This document shows positions 1-9,112 of a stretch of DNA of 64,000 bases, piece after piece. Under the pieces are notes generated by a model, which made no database searches, was not told the origin of the DNA, and saw only the letters and a program-made list of their open reading frames with translations. Positions within the stretch are counted from its first letter, which is position 1. Every line of letters starts with the position of its first letter. A program made the position numbers and the translations under genes. Origin of the DNA: Candidatus Omnitrophota bacterium (GTDB taxonomy: Bacteria > Omnitrophota > Gorgyraeia > Zapsychrales > JANLHA01); the NCBI GenBank assembly GCA_038222225.1, contig JBBRHV010000002.1:12484-76483 (forward strand), written 5' to 3'.

Positions 1-205
1 CGGCGCCAATCACAATTCCGGAACGGACCTTGCCCGCCACATTCTGCGCTTTTAATAATGCGTTCTTCTTTACCAACGCTGCGCAGGTGCTGGTGATCTT
101 CAGGATCTCCTCGGCACTGCTCCGCCGGACCTTAAACGTAAGGCCAGCCATCGCAAGCAATTTCCGCCGCTGCGCGGAACCCGAAGCTAAAATAATATTT
201 TTCAT
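1..205 (-). CDS. maf: Maf-like nucleoside triphosphate pyrophosphatase (septum formation protein Maf), 5' part only; the gene runs off the window start
   Basis: Reverse-strand translation from the ATG at 205..203 gives MKNIILASGSAQRRKLLAMAGLTFKVRRSSAEEILKITSTCAALVKKNALLKAQNVAGKVRSGIVIGA. The N-terminal ILASGS-RR-LL motif is typical of Maf. This ORF is not in the six-frame track because it is truncated. Confidence 0.6.
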   Translation of the reverse strand, partial: MKNIILASGSAQRRKLLAMAGLTFKVRRSSAEEILKITSTCAALVKKNALLKAQNVAGKVRSGIVIGA

Positions 206-277
206 AAGGCACGCAGACACTGGCCACTAAGGCACTAAAAAACGATTAATAAAAAATGAACCACCTTGAATAACCCG

Positions 278-838
278 CTAATCTTTTAAAAAATCCTGAG
301 CTGTAAAAATCGATCGCATCTGGCATCCGCGCGCTTCGACCGCTGCTTTTGCCCCCTCTTCGCGGTCAATGATGCATAAACATGTTTTGACCTTGATCCC
401 CGCCCCATCTAAAACATCCAAAGCATGCAAAAACGCTTTACCCGTGGTCGCCACATCATCAATGACCACCACCGTTGCTCCGCTTTTTAATTCCGGGCCT
501 TCAATCTGTTTTTTCCCGCCGTGAGCTTTTGATTCTTTTCGAATAATGAAGGTGTTGACCGGTGTTCCATTTTGAAACGAAACCACGCCTAAGGCCCCCA
601 CCATCGGATCCGCGCCCAAGGTCGGACCGCCGATGGCATCAAGCGGCTCGCTCTTCACCATGTCTAAAAAAATCTTAGCGGTATAATAAACGCCTTCGGG
701 AGTCAGCGTAATTTTACGGCAATCTAAATAATAATTGCTTTTTTTTCCGGAAGATAAAATAAAATCCCCCTTTAAAAAAGCCTTCTCCTTAATGATCTCA
801 TGCAATTTCTTTTTATCATCACTCCACGCGTTTGACAT
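278..838 (-). CDS. pyrE: orotate phosphoribosyltransferase
   Basis: Type I PRTase motif VVVIDDVATTG; overall PyrE-like length and sequence. Start chosen at the internal ATG (MSNAWS..), which is preceded by AGAAAGG 6 nt upstream. Confidence 0.85.
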   Translation of the reverse strand: MSNAWSDDKKKLHEIIKEKAFLKGDFILSSGKKSNYYLDCRKITLTPEGVYYTAKIFLDMVKSEPLDAIGGPTLGADPMVGALGVVSFQNGTPVNTFIIRKESKAHGGKKQIEGPELKSGATVVVIDDVATTGKAFLHALDVLDGAGIKVKTCLCIIDREEGAKAAVEARGCQMRSIFTAQDFLKD

Positions 839-867
839 ACCAAGCCTTTCTCTCACAATACACCTGT

Positions 868-1275
868 TTATTTAATCCGTGGAACTTCCATCTTGCGCTT
901 CCCAAATTCTAAAACAAGATTCGTCCGAAAACGCAATAAATCCTTATAAGACTCATACTCTTTCGGCGTAAAGCCGCCTTTGCTATAAAACGTCTGCACC
1001 GCTTCCAGCTCGATCATTGCATCAATATAGGCGTCGGTCAGCTTTTGCTCATCCAACTTTGAAATCGCGCTGCGATCTAGGATATCAAGCGTAAACAAAA
1101 ACCCTGCCGCCAGAGCTGTCATACTCCAGGCAATGATCATGATCCCGATCACCCAGGCCGTCAGCCCCCTTGAAATCCGCATATCGCCCCCCTTTTTAAC
1201 TGCTTCATTATACGCAAAGTTTCCGAAGAAAACAAGCGCGCGTCTGACAATCGCATCTGAAAGCCAGGACGCCAA
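868..1275 (-). CDS. hypothetical membrane protein (one or two predicted TM segments, no recognisable domain)
   Basis: 135-aa ORF with the hydrophobic stretch LTAWVIGIMIIAWSMTALAAGFLF. It sits between pyrE and comFC, and no family was recognised. Confidence 0.4.
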   Translation of the reverse strand: MASWLSDAIVRRALVFFGNFAYNEAVKKGGDMRISRGLTAWVIGIMIIAWSMTALAAGFLFTLDILDRSAISKLDEQKLTDAYIDAMIELEAVQTFYSKGGFTPKEYESYKDLLRFRTNLVLEFGKRKMEVPRIK

Positions 1276-1289
1276 CAGGACCTGAAATA

Positions 1290-1318
1290 TTTCAAAAAAA
1301 TTCTCTCTCTGCTATAAT
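1290..1318 (+). promoter_or_regulatory. candidate sigma70-type promoter with extended -10 (TGcTATAAT) upstream of comFC
   Basis: TCTGCTATAAT lies at 1308-1318 with a weak -35 TTTCAA 17 nt upstream. The first in-frame starts of comFC (GTG 1325 / ATG 1331) are only ~10 nt downstream, so the mRNA would be near leaderless. Confidence 0.35.
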
Positions 1319-1330
1319 ACACTCGTGTTT

Positions 1331-2062
1331 ATGCGAGTCGCCCGCCCCTTTATGAACGGGCTGATGAATATACTTTACCCCTCGGTTTGTGTCCTCTGTC
1401 ATACGTCCCTCTTCCCTTCAGAGCCCCCGCCATTCGTGTGTCCGGCGTGCCTCTCCTCCATTCAAAAAAACAAACCACCCTTCTGCCGGAAATGCACACG
1501 GCCGCTGAAATCCGCGCCGGACCTGTTCTGCCGCAATTGCCGGCGTTCGAGCTTTCATTTTGACCATGTCTATGCTGCCTGCCTTTACACGCCGCCCTTT
1601 AAGCGCCTGCTCCATTTATACAAATATGGAAGCCTGACCGTCATCCGCCGGCTTTTGAGTTCCTTCATCATTGACTTCATTGAACTTTACCAAATCCCCA
1701 TCCACCGGTTTCAAATAATCGCTCCCGTTCCGCTGCATCCGGTACGAATGCGTGAACGCGGCTACAATCAAAGCGAACTGATCGCCTTAATCCTGGCCGA
1801 ACATTACAAGATCCCCTACAGCAATCAGATCATTGCCAGAACTCGCTACAGTCTAAACCAGGCGCGCGTTAGCCCAAAACAACGCTGGACAAACGTTGAG
1901 TCGGCCTTTAAAATAAGATCTCATATTAGCATTATTAATATTAATATTCTATTGGTCGATGATCTTTTAACGACCGGAGCCACCCTCTCTTCACTGGCCG
2001 GGGTTCTCAAGACAGGCGGGGCCAAAGAGGTAAGCGCTCTTACAGCAGCCATTGCAGAATAA
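1331..2062 (+). CDS. comFC: ComF family protein (ComFC-like, N-terminal Cys4 zinc finger plus PRTase-like domain)
   Basis: N-terminal CxxC...CxxC (CVLCHT..CPAC, CRKC..CRNC) and C-terminal PRTase motif LLVDDLLTTGAT. Start ambiguous (GTG 1325, ATG 1331, 1352, 1364). Confidence 0.75.
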   Translation: MRVARPFMNGLMNILYPSVCVLCHTSLFPSEPPPFVCPACLSSIQKNKPPFCRKCTRPLKSAPDLFCRNCRRSSFHFDHVYAACLYTPPFKRLLHLYKYGSLTVIRRLLSSFIIDFIELYQIPIHRFQIIAPVPLHPVRMRERGYNQSELIALILAEHYKIPYSNQIIARTRYSLNQARVSPKQRWTNVESAFKIRSHISIININILLVDDLLTTGATLSSLAGVLKTGGAKEVSALTAAIAE

Positions 2063-2064
2063 CT

Positions 2065-3156
2065 ATGCGTCTTTTACGCAATTATATTTTACGCGAATGT
2101 GTTCTCCCCTTTTTTCTGGCCCTTGGGGTTCTTTCCTGCGTGTTTCTGTTAGGATACACCGTCAAACTCGCGCATCTTGTCATCAATAAAGGCGTACCGC
2201 TTGTGGTCGTTGGAAAAATGTTTCTGCTCTTAATCCCGGTTCTTCTTCAATACACCATGCCGATCGCCTGTCTGATCGCCGTGCTTTTGGCCTTCAGCCG
2301 TTTATCTGCCGATAATGAAATCATCGCGATCCGTGCCAGCGGAATCCATATTCAGCGACTCCTCCTGCCCTTGATTGCTGTCGGATTTATCTTCAGTCTT
2401 GTCGCATTCCTTCTCAACGACCGCGTGATCCCTTTCGCGTACCATCAGCAGAAGGTCCTGGAAAAAACCATGGGATTTGAAAATCCCACCGCCCTTTTGG
2501 AGCCCGGGACATTCATCAAAACATTCAAAGGACAGACGATCTTCATCCACCGCGTCGAGGGCCATAAATTTTATAACATCACAATCTGGCAACCGCAGCC
2601 GGACGGACGTCCGACCAGAACCATCATTGCCAACCGCGGAGAATTCACAAAAAGCCCGGATGGAAAACAGCTGATCCTTAAACTCATTGACGGGACCTCC
2701 GATGAAATGGACCCCAAAAAACCTGAAAATTTCTATAAACTCAATTTTAAGACCCTTTTCATCACGCTGAATGTCGGCAATGGAGATGAAAAAATCGAAA
2801 AGAAACCGAAAAGCATGACTCTGCAAGAACTCCTGGAAGAAAAACATCTTCGCGAACAACTCTTAGTTGACACGTCCCGGCTTGACACCGAATATTTCCG
2901 GAAACTCTCCTGGTCTTTTGCGCCTCTGATTTTCGTTCTTTTGGGATTTCCTCTGGCCGTCATCACAAACCGCCGGGAGCGTTCAGCCAATGTGATCTTA
3001 GCGATTATAGCCGCCAGCACGTATTATTTGCTGGCACTAACCTGTGAGGCCTTAAGCATCGAACAGCAGGCTCCGGCATATATCATCATGTGGGTTCCGA
3101 ATGTTATCGCGCTGATCGTGGCCGTTTACTTTAATCATAAATTATGCGTATCATAG
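2065..3156 (+). CDS. lptF: LPS export ABC permease, LptF/LptG (YjgP/YjgQ) family
   Basis: N-terminus MRLLRNYILRE.. is typical of YjgP/YjgQ permeases, with a hydrophobic N- and C-terminus and a periplasmic middle domain. It is paired with a second paralog immediately downstream. Confidence 0.8.
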   Translation: MRLLRNYILRECVLPFFLALGVLSCVFLLGYTVKLAHLVINKGVPLVVVGKMFLLLIPVLLQYTMPIACLIAVLLAFSRLSADNEIIAIRASGIHIQRLLLPLIAVGFIFSLVAFLLNDRVIPFAYHQQKVLEKTMGFENPTALLEPGTFIKTFKGQTIFIHRVEGHKFYNITIWQPQPDGRPTRTIIANRGEFTKSPDGKQLILKLIDGTSDEMDPKKPENFYKLNFKTLFITLNVGNGDEKIEKKPKSMTLQELLEEKHLREQLLVDTSRLDTEYFRKLSWSFAPLIFVLLGFPLAVITNRRERSANVILAIIAASTYYLLALTCEALSIEQQAPAYIIMWVPNVIALIVAVYFNHKLCVS

Positions 3157-4244
3157 ACCGCTATATCCTAAAATCTGTTGTCTTCATGTTCCTGATCACA
3201 CTGTTTGTGTTCTGCCTGCTCTTTGTCTTGATTGATTCTGCATCCAACTTGGATGAATTCATTAATCATAAAGCATCCATTGAAATCATTGCCCGTTATT
3301 ATCTGTCGTACTTGCCGGTGGTCATGGTTCAAACCGCTTCGATTGCCTGCCTCATTTCCTGCCTCCTGACCTTTGCGAACTTAAATGCCCATAACGAACT
3401 GATCGCCATGCGGGCCGGAGGATTAAATTTCTGGCGGCTAGCGCGACCTGCTCTGTGTTTCGGATTGCTGCTCTCGGCCGCGACGTTTTACCTGAATGAA
3501 CGCTATATCCCCCAGGCTGAATCTATGGCCCGCGACATCAAGGAAGAAAATCTCTCTCTTGAAACCGACCGCTCATCCCATCAGGCCAAGATCAAGAATC
3601 TCTCCTTTTACGGCCTGAAAAACCGATTGTACTTCATTGATTCCTTTGATCCGGTCACGTACAATTTAGAGGGAATCACAATCATCAGCTTTGATAACGC
3701 TCAAAAGATTAGAGAAAAGATCGTCGCAATGGAAGGTTCTTGGACCGGGCTGGCATGGAAATTTAAACAGGTGCACATAACCCCGTACCAGCAGATCGAT
3801 GCCGGGCCAACACGGTTCAAAATCTATGAAGAAAAACTCATGGACATCAAAGAAACTCCTAAAGATTTTTTACGGCAGCGCACCAATGTCAAATTTATGA
3901 ATCTGCGCCAACTCCATGACTACATCAAACGCTTCTCAAACAGCGGGGCGAGCCGAGCGGTGGACAGCTTAAAAGTTGATTTCTTCGAAAAGATCGCCTT
4001 CCCGCTGACGCCGGTGGTGCTTTTGCTTCTGGGTCTGCCGCTGGTGATGGCAACCGGAAATCGCAAAGCCCAGAATTTTGCCGCATTGGGGATCGCAATT
4101 GCGATCGGATTCTTTTATTATGTGGCGAACGCCGTGGGAATTGCGCTGGGAAAAGGCGGGTTCCTGCCCCCTGAAATTGCTGCCAATATCGTACCGTTTT
4201 TCTTCTCTTTGACAGCGGTCTACTTCATCAAAATGCATTTTTAA
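3144..4244 (+). CDS. lptG: LPS export ABC permease, LptF/LptG (YjgP/YjgQ) family, second paralog
   Basis: N-terminus MRIIDRYILKSV.. and the same architecture as the upstream paralog. The two genes overlap by 13 nt, as in tandem lptF-lptG pairs. Confidence 0.8.
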   Translation: MRIIDRYILKSVVFMFLITLFVFCLLFVLIDSASNLDEFINHKASIEIIARYYLSYLPVVMVQTASIACLISCLLTFANLNAHNELIAMRAGGLNFWRLARPALCFGLLLSAATFYLNERYIPQAESMARDIKEENLSLETDRSSHQAKIKNLSFYGLKNRLYFIDSFDPVTYNLEGITIISFDNAQKIREKIVAMEGSWTGLAWKFKQVHITPYQQIDAGPTRFKIYEEKLMDIKETPKDFLRQRTNVKFMNLRQLHDYIKRFSNSGASRAVDSLKVDFFEKIAFPLTPVVLLLLGLPLVMATGNRKAQNFAALGIAIAIGFFYYVANAVGIALGKGGFLPPEIAANIVPFFFSLTAVYFIKMHF

Positions 4245-4254
4245 AATGACGTGT

Positions 4255-5442
4255 TTATTTTTCTTTATACACTCTCGGAAGGCGATTGCCCAAAGAGCAG
4301 ACGATCTCATAATTGATGGTCTGCGCCAAACAGGCCAACTCATCGGCAGAAACGTCCTGTTTGCCCTGGCGGCCTAAAACAACCACCTCATCCCCCATCT
4401 TAACCATGCCGGCTCTGGAAACATCCACAACAAGCTGATCCATGGTCACCCGTCCCAAAACCGGACAACGGCATCCATTAATCAAAACCGCAGATTTATT
4501 AGACAACATCCTCATGTAACCGTCATTATATCCGATCGGCACAGTGGCCACGCGCATCTTACGCGGAGCAATAAATGTCTGGCCATAACTGACACTTCGT
4601 CCCTTTTCAATATCTTTGACGTACAGGACACGGGCCTTCACGCTCATGGCCGGCTGAAGTTTAAGTACAGAACGGATTTTATCTGAAGGATACAGTCCGT
4701 AAAGCATTAATCCCGGACGGACCAGGTTGAATATGCGCGTCGCAAAACCACCCAGCCCGGCGCTGTTGGCAGCATGAATATAGGGAACGCTCTCACCCTC
4801 CTGATCCAACGCCGCAACGACCTGGCTGAACTGATGAATCTGATTTTGAGTAAAGGTTGTATTTGTATCTGCGACCGGAAAATGCGTGTACATTCCCTCG
4901 ACTTGAACATGCTTGAGCCGTTTTACCCTTTGAATAAAACCAAGCGCCTCCGTATGCCACACACCCAAACGCCCCATTCCGGTATCCACTTTAATATGGA
5001 CCACGGCTTTTTTCTTGACCGAACGAGCGTATGTGTTTAATGCATTGGCGGACGCCATCGTACAAATGGTCACGCGAAGATTGTGATCAACAATATCTTT
5101 AATCTGATTCGGCAACGGGCTTTCTAAAATAAGGATCGAAGTTTTAATCCTGTGCCGCCTCAGCGAAATGCCTTCATGAAGCTCTGAAACACCAAAAAAA
5201 TCCACACCCATTTTTTGAATTTGATCCGCGACCTGAAGCATTCCGTGCCCGTAACCGTCGGCTTTGACAACAGCTAAAATCTGCGGTGTCTTAGCATGGG
5301 CTTCCTTCGCGGATTGTGTTTGCCGCCGTTCCGTTCTTTTCTGATTGACCAGCCTTTGAATCCTCTGAAAATTATGGCGGATCGCCTTCAAATCCACCTC
5401 AACCCATGCGGTGTGTGTATGTTTGTCGCGCAGCACTTCCAT
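4255..5442 (-). CDS. alr: alanine racemase
   Basis: PLP-site motif AVVKADGYGHG plus a two-domain Alr length (395 aa). A short Lys/Arg-rich insertion sits between the N-terminal strand and the PLP motif. Confidence 0.85.
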   Translation of the reverse strand: MEVLRDKHTHTAWVEVDLKAIRHNFQRIQRLVNQKRTERRQTQSAKEAHAKTPQILAVVKADGYGHGMLQVADQIQKMGVDFFGVSELHEGISLRRHRIKTSILILESPLPNQIKDIVDHNLRVTICTMASANALNTYARSVKKKAVVHIKVDTGMGRLGVWHTEALGFIQRVKRLKHVQVEGMYTHFPVADTNTTFTQNQIHQFSQVVAALDQEGESVPYIHAANSAGLGGFATRIFNLVRPGLMLYGLYPSDKIRSVLKLQPAMSVKARVLYVKDIEKGRSVSYGQTFIAPRKMRVATVPIGYNDGYMRMLSNKSAVLINGCRCPVLGRVTMDQLVVDVSRAGMVKMGDEVVVLGRQGKQDVSADELACLAQTINYEIVCSLGNRLPRVYKEK

Positions 5443-5475
5443 CTCCTTTTTATCAACGCCTGCTGATATACGTCT

Positions 5476-6171
5476 TTAACGCCTTACCTGACAATCCTGC
5501 GGATATAGATACAGCGGGAGCAATGCATTGATCGGGTCGCTATCTTTATCGCGGAAACGCGCAGCCGCCAGCACGGCAATCTGTTCAGCCGATGGATACC
5601 AGAATTTCTCCTCAAGGAAGGCCGCCTTGAAATTTGAACCCTTACGCTGCCCCTGCTTAAGAATCTGATCTCTATAAATCAGAAGCCCGTCGCCGGTGAA
5701 AAGAACAGCTCCGCGAACTTTTTTTAAAAGATCCTTGAGCCCGATCAAAAGAAAATCCGCGCTCCGAAACGGGACGCCGTTGCCCCGCTCATAAATCGCC
5801 GCGTAAACCAAATCCCGCTTTGCGTCAAAAATAACGCAAAGCTGATCTTCCTCTCCGCGTTTCACCCGCGCCGCGATCGAATCGAAACTGGGAATCCCCA
5901 CAACCGGCTTCTGCAGCGCCAACGCCAGTCCTTTCACGGTTGCAAATCCGACACGCAAACTCGTGAATGACCCTGGCCCCAAACCAACCGAAATACCGTC
6001 AATATCCTTCAGATCCATTCCTGATTTCTTGACGACCTCCTCAAGCGCGGGGATCATCTTGGAAGACAAAACCCGATCATTCTTCATCGTCCGGGAAGCC
6101 AAAACCTTTCCGTTGTCCGTGAGCGCCAAACTGAAATGCGCGCTGGATGTGTCTAAGGATAACAGTTTCAT
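5476..6171 (-). CDS. tsaB: tRNA threonylcarbamoyladenosine biosynthesis protein TsaB (YeaZ)
   Basis: N-terminus MKLLSLDTSS..LALTD is characteristic of the inactive Kae1/TsaD paralog TsaB. It is adjacent to tsaE. Confidence 0.8.
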   Translation of the reverse strand: MKLLSLDTSSAHFSLALTDNGKVLASRTMKNDRVLSSKMIPALEEVVKKSGMDLKDIDGISVGLGPGSFTSLRVGFATVKGLALALQKPVVGIPSFDSIAARVKRGEEDQLCVIFDAKRDLVYAAIYERGNGVPFRSADFLLIGLKDLLKKVRGAVLFTGDGLLIYRDQILKQGQRKGSNFKAAFLEEKFWYPSAEQIAVLAAARFRDKDSDPINALLPLYLYPQDCQVRR

Positions 6172-6178
6172 AATAAAA

Positions 6179-6655
6179 TCACGCCTTAAGACCTTCTAAT
6201 GTTTTTAACATCTGCTCATAGCGTTTGCCGAACGCCTTCAAGCGTATCTCACGTGAGTCTTCCCCTTTATGCTTTAGATAAATATCCAAGCGCTCCTTGG
6301 GAAGAAATTCTTCCAACCGCTCCGACCACTCCACCACCGCAATGCCGTCCCCATATAAAAACTCTTCATAGCCGATATCAAAAAGTTCATCGGTCTCTTC
6401 TAAACGGTACAGATCAAAATGATAGAGCGGCCATTTCAATTGATCATACACATTGAGAAAAACAAATGTCGGGCTTGTCACGTCCTCTTCATGGGCCCCT
6501 AACCCAGCGGCCAAGCCTTTGATCATCGTCGTTTTTCCGCTGCCCAAATCGCCGAAAAGGCACACGATGTCGCCGGGTTTGGCGCATTTTGCCAAACGTT
6601 TTCCGAGGGCTCGTGTTTCCTCAAACGACTGACTGATCAATGGGATCTGTTTCAC
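6179..6655 (-). CDS. tsaE: tRNA threonylcarbamoyladenosine biosynthesis ATPase TsaE (YjeE)
   Basis: P-loop GDLGSGKTT and the VTSPTF motif of the YjeE family; 158 aa. Confidence 0.8.
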   Translation of the reverse strand: MKQIPLISQSFEETRALGKRLAKCAKPGDIVCLFGDLGSGKTTMIKGLAAGLGAHEEDVTSPTFVFLNVYDQLKWPLYHFDLYRLEETDELFDIGYEEFLYGDGIAVVEWSERLEEFLPKERLDIYLKHKGEDSREIRLKAFGKRYEQMLKTLEGLKA

Positions 6656-6682
6656 CGGCTTTTATTTCCAATTGTCAAAATC

Positions 6683-7588
6683 TTAAAAATGCTCAAACCC
6701 CTTGGGCTGGATTTCCTGTTTGCGGCCTTTGGCATTCACTAAAAAAAGGCCCTTCTTTGAGCTGATTGTCCCAATCTCAAAAAAACGATGCCGCTTGCAG
6801 CGACGCAGCACGTCCGCCTTATCTGCTGAAACTGTAAACAGCAGTTCAAAATCCTCCCCCTCATGAAGCGCCTGTTCAAGGGTCGCTCCCTTGGCCAACG
6901 GGATCTTCTCAGCGTGTATCACCGCGCCGACCGCGCTCTGTTTTAAAATATGCCCGATATCACCTGCCAAACCGTCGGAGACATCGATCATGGCATTCGG
7001 CCGGGCATTCCGAATGAGAAACTGCGCCTCTTTCACGCGCGGCTCAAAATGAACATGCTTGCGGTTTTTAAATGAATTCCCTAAAACCCCGGTGACAAAA
7101 ATGCAGTCGCCCTTTTTCGCGCCGGCACGATAGATGACCGCGTCTTTTTTTACTTTCCCCAGAAGCGCCACATTGATGACCAAACGGTTCGATCGGGTCA
7201 TATCCCCTCCCACAAGACTCACATGATATTCTTTGGCCAGATCATTGAACCCCTGACCGATGTCTTCCATAAAGGACCGCACCGTATTATGCGGAGCTCC
7301 GGTCGACACGACCGCAAATGTGGGGATCCCTCCCATGGCAGCAATATCACTGATCGAACAAGCCAGCGCTTTACGGCCGATCTCCTGCGGAGTCATCACC
7401 GTCCTGAGAAAATGCACCCCCTCGATCATCATATCTGTTGTATACAAAAGATAATCTTCCGCCCCGCAATCTAATACCGCGGCATCATCTCCCGCTCCCC
7501 TGACCACTCCCTCTTCAACGTTCGCCTGCGCAGTAATGCGGTCGATAAAAGCAAACTCGCCGATATCCGCAAGAGTTTGAACTGGCAT
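6683..7588 (-). CDS. thiL: thiamine-monophosphate kinase
   Basis: AIR-synthase-related fold with N-terminal GEFAFIDRI..GDDAAVL and a length consistent with ThiL. Upstream of tsaE as in many genomes. Confidence 0.8.
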   Translation of the reverse strand: MPVQTLADIGEFAFIDRITAQANVEEGVVRGAGDDAAVLDCGAEDYLLYTTDMMIEGVHFLRTVMTPQEIGRKALACSISDIAAMGGIPTFAVVSTGAPHNTVRSFMEDIGQGFNDLAKEYHVSLVGGDMTRSNRLVINVALLGKVKKDAVIYRAGAKKGDCIFVTGVLGNSFKNRKHVHFEPRVKEAQFLIRNARPNAMIDVSDGLAGDIGHILKQSAVGAVIHAEKIPLAKGATLEQALHEGEDFELLFTVSADKADVLRRCKRHRFFEIGTISSKKGLFLVNAKGRKQEIQPKGFEHF

Positions 7589-7609
7589 GTGAGACTCCTT
7601 ATCAAAAAT

Positions 7610-8647
7610 TTATGAAAATTTTTGTTTTATCATGTTGGCAAAAGGTTTCTTTATCATTCCGCATTCCGTCACAAAAGCCGTAATTAATTCATAGGGCGTC
7701 ACATCAAAGGCGGGATTGAAAACATGAACAGACCGCGGTGAAATGTACCGTCCGGCCACTTGACGGACCTCATCGTCCGCACGCTCTTCAATAGGAATAT
7801 CACATCCCTTTTGAATGGAAACATCAAATGTGGTTTTGGGGGCCACAACATAAAAAGGAACGTTATGATATTTTGCCAAAACCGCCAAACCATAGGTTCC
7901 GATCTTATTGGCCGTATCGCCATTGGCGGCAATCCGGTCGGCTCCGGTAAAAACCGCCCTGATGTTTTTTTCGCGCATAACCGCAGCAGCCATATTATCG
8001 GTGATCAGCGTCGTTTGAATTTTGGCATGAGTCAACTCCCAGGCCGTGAGACGGGCACCCTGTAGAAGAGGACGCGTTTCACAAGCATACACTTCAAACC
8101 GTTTTTTCTTGTGCTGAGCCGAATAAAAAACTCCCAACGCTGTCCCATAATCAACCGTCGCCAAGGCACCGGCATTGCAGATGGTCATCAAACGGTCTCC
8201 GTTACGGATCAATTTCGCCCCGTGATCACCCATGGCCCGACAGACACGACGGTCTGTTTCATAAACATCGAACGCTTTGCGCTTGATGACCTGCTTTAAC
8301 TTTAAAACGGAAGCGGATGGATAAATCCAGGGAATCATGCGCATCTCATCCAGCGCATGAAATAAATTGACCGCCGTCGGTCGGGATGTTGCCAAATAAT
8401 CACAGGCATCATTCAAAACTTTAATAAAATTCCGGCGGTCTGTGCCCTTAAAATCATGCGTCCCTAAAAGGACGCCGAAGGCGGCAGCGGCTCCCAGCGC
8501 CGGTGCGCCGCGCACCTCAAGCCGCCGAATGGCCTGCCAGAGAGTCTTCAACGTACGGCAATCTTTATAAACCAATTTTTGCGGCAGCTTGGTTTGATCA
8601 ATAATGCGGACTGCTGCATTGACCCATCGAATTGTTTGGATAGCCAT
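7610..8647 (-). CDS. mtnA: S-methyl-5-thioribose-1-phosphate isomerase (eIF-2B alpha/beta/delta family)
   Basis: eIF-2B family signatures (VRGAPALGAAAAFGV, TRPTAVNLFHALD) and 345 aa. Confidence 0.7.
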   Translation of the reverse strand: MAIQTIRWVNAAVRIIDQTKLPQKLVYKDCRTLKTLWQAIRRLEVRGAPALGAAAAFGVLLGTHDFKGTDRRNFIKVLNDACDYLATSRPTAVNLFHALDEMRMIPWIYPSASVLKLKQVIKRKAFDVYETDRRVCRAMGDHGAKLIRNGDRLMTICNAGALATVDYGTALGVFYSAQHKKKRFEVYACETRPLLQGARLTAWELTHAKIQTTLITDNMAAAVMREKNIRAVFTGADRIAANGDTANKIGTYGLAVLAKYHNVPFYVVAPKTTFDVSIQKGCDIPIEERADDEVRQVAGRYISPRSVHVFNPAFDVTPYELITAFVTECGMIKKPFANMIKQKFS

Positions 8648-8667
8648 TCAACAACCTCTCTCAAAAA

Positions 8668-9102
8668 TTAAAACCGCACATCCTTCTTGATTCTTTTTAT
8701 GATAAAGCAACGGTTCTCGCCTCTAACCATATGAAAATTTGCCATAATAAAGAAATCTCCGTCATCCCACGTCACTTCCATGATCTGAATATCAGCATTC
8801 TCTGCCGTCTTCGGATATTGATCAAAAAGCTCTTTATGATTCCAGGCCTTTGTAGGAGCGTCTTTGATCGCATATCCGGTTTTATCAGCAGGTGCGCCGA
8901 ATACCTTTACCATTTCCGGATATGCTTTTCCGATAAAATCTTTTAGTATTGAAATATTTGTCCCTAGACTCGTTCTCCCTTCAGAGGCAAAAACGCCATT
9001 CGTCAAAAACATCCCTAAACACAAACCAATTCCAAAATAAAGGAGAGCCGCGTTTAATCTGACAATCGAAAAAAAAGAAAATTTTTCAATACAGCGATGC
9101 AA
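8668..9102 (-). CDS. hypothetical exported protein (N-terminal hydrophobic segment); start uncertain
   Basis: The ORF as listed (to 9159) overlaps the metG 3' end by 47 nt. The in-frame TTG at 9102 just downstream of the metG stop would give the signal-like N-terminus HRCIEKFSFFSIVRLNAALLYFGIGLCLGMF. No SD was seen and no domain recognised. Confidence 0.35.
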   Translation of the reverse strand: MHRCIEKFSFFSIVRLNAALLYFGIGLCLGMFLTNGVFASEGRTSLGTNISILKDFIGKAYPEMVKVFGAPADKTGYAIKDAPTKAWNHKELFDQYPKTAENADIQIMEVTWDDGDFFIMANFHMVRGENRCFIIKRIKKDVRF

Positions 9103-9112
9103 CTCGACATGG

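Noticed and set aside
30-230. 66-aa ORF on the plus strand at the window start
   Set aside because: It is antisense to the maf-like gene that reads off the window on the minus strand, and it has no SD.
1921-1960. Short AT-rich tandem repeat (ATTAATATTAATATT) inside comFC
   Set aside because: It stays in frame, encoding ISIININILL just before the PRTase motif. It is probably a low-complexity loop rather than a mobile or repeat element.
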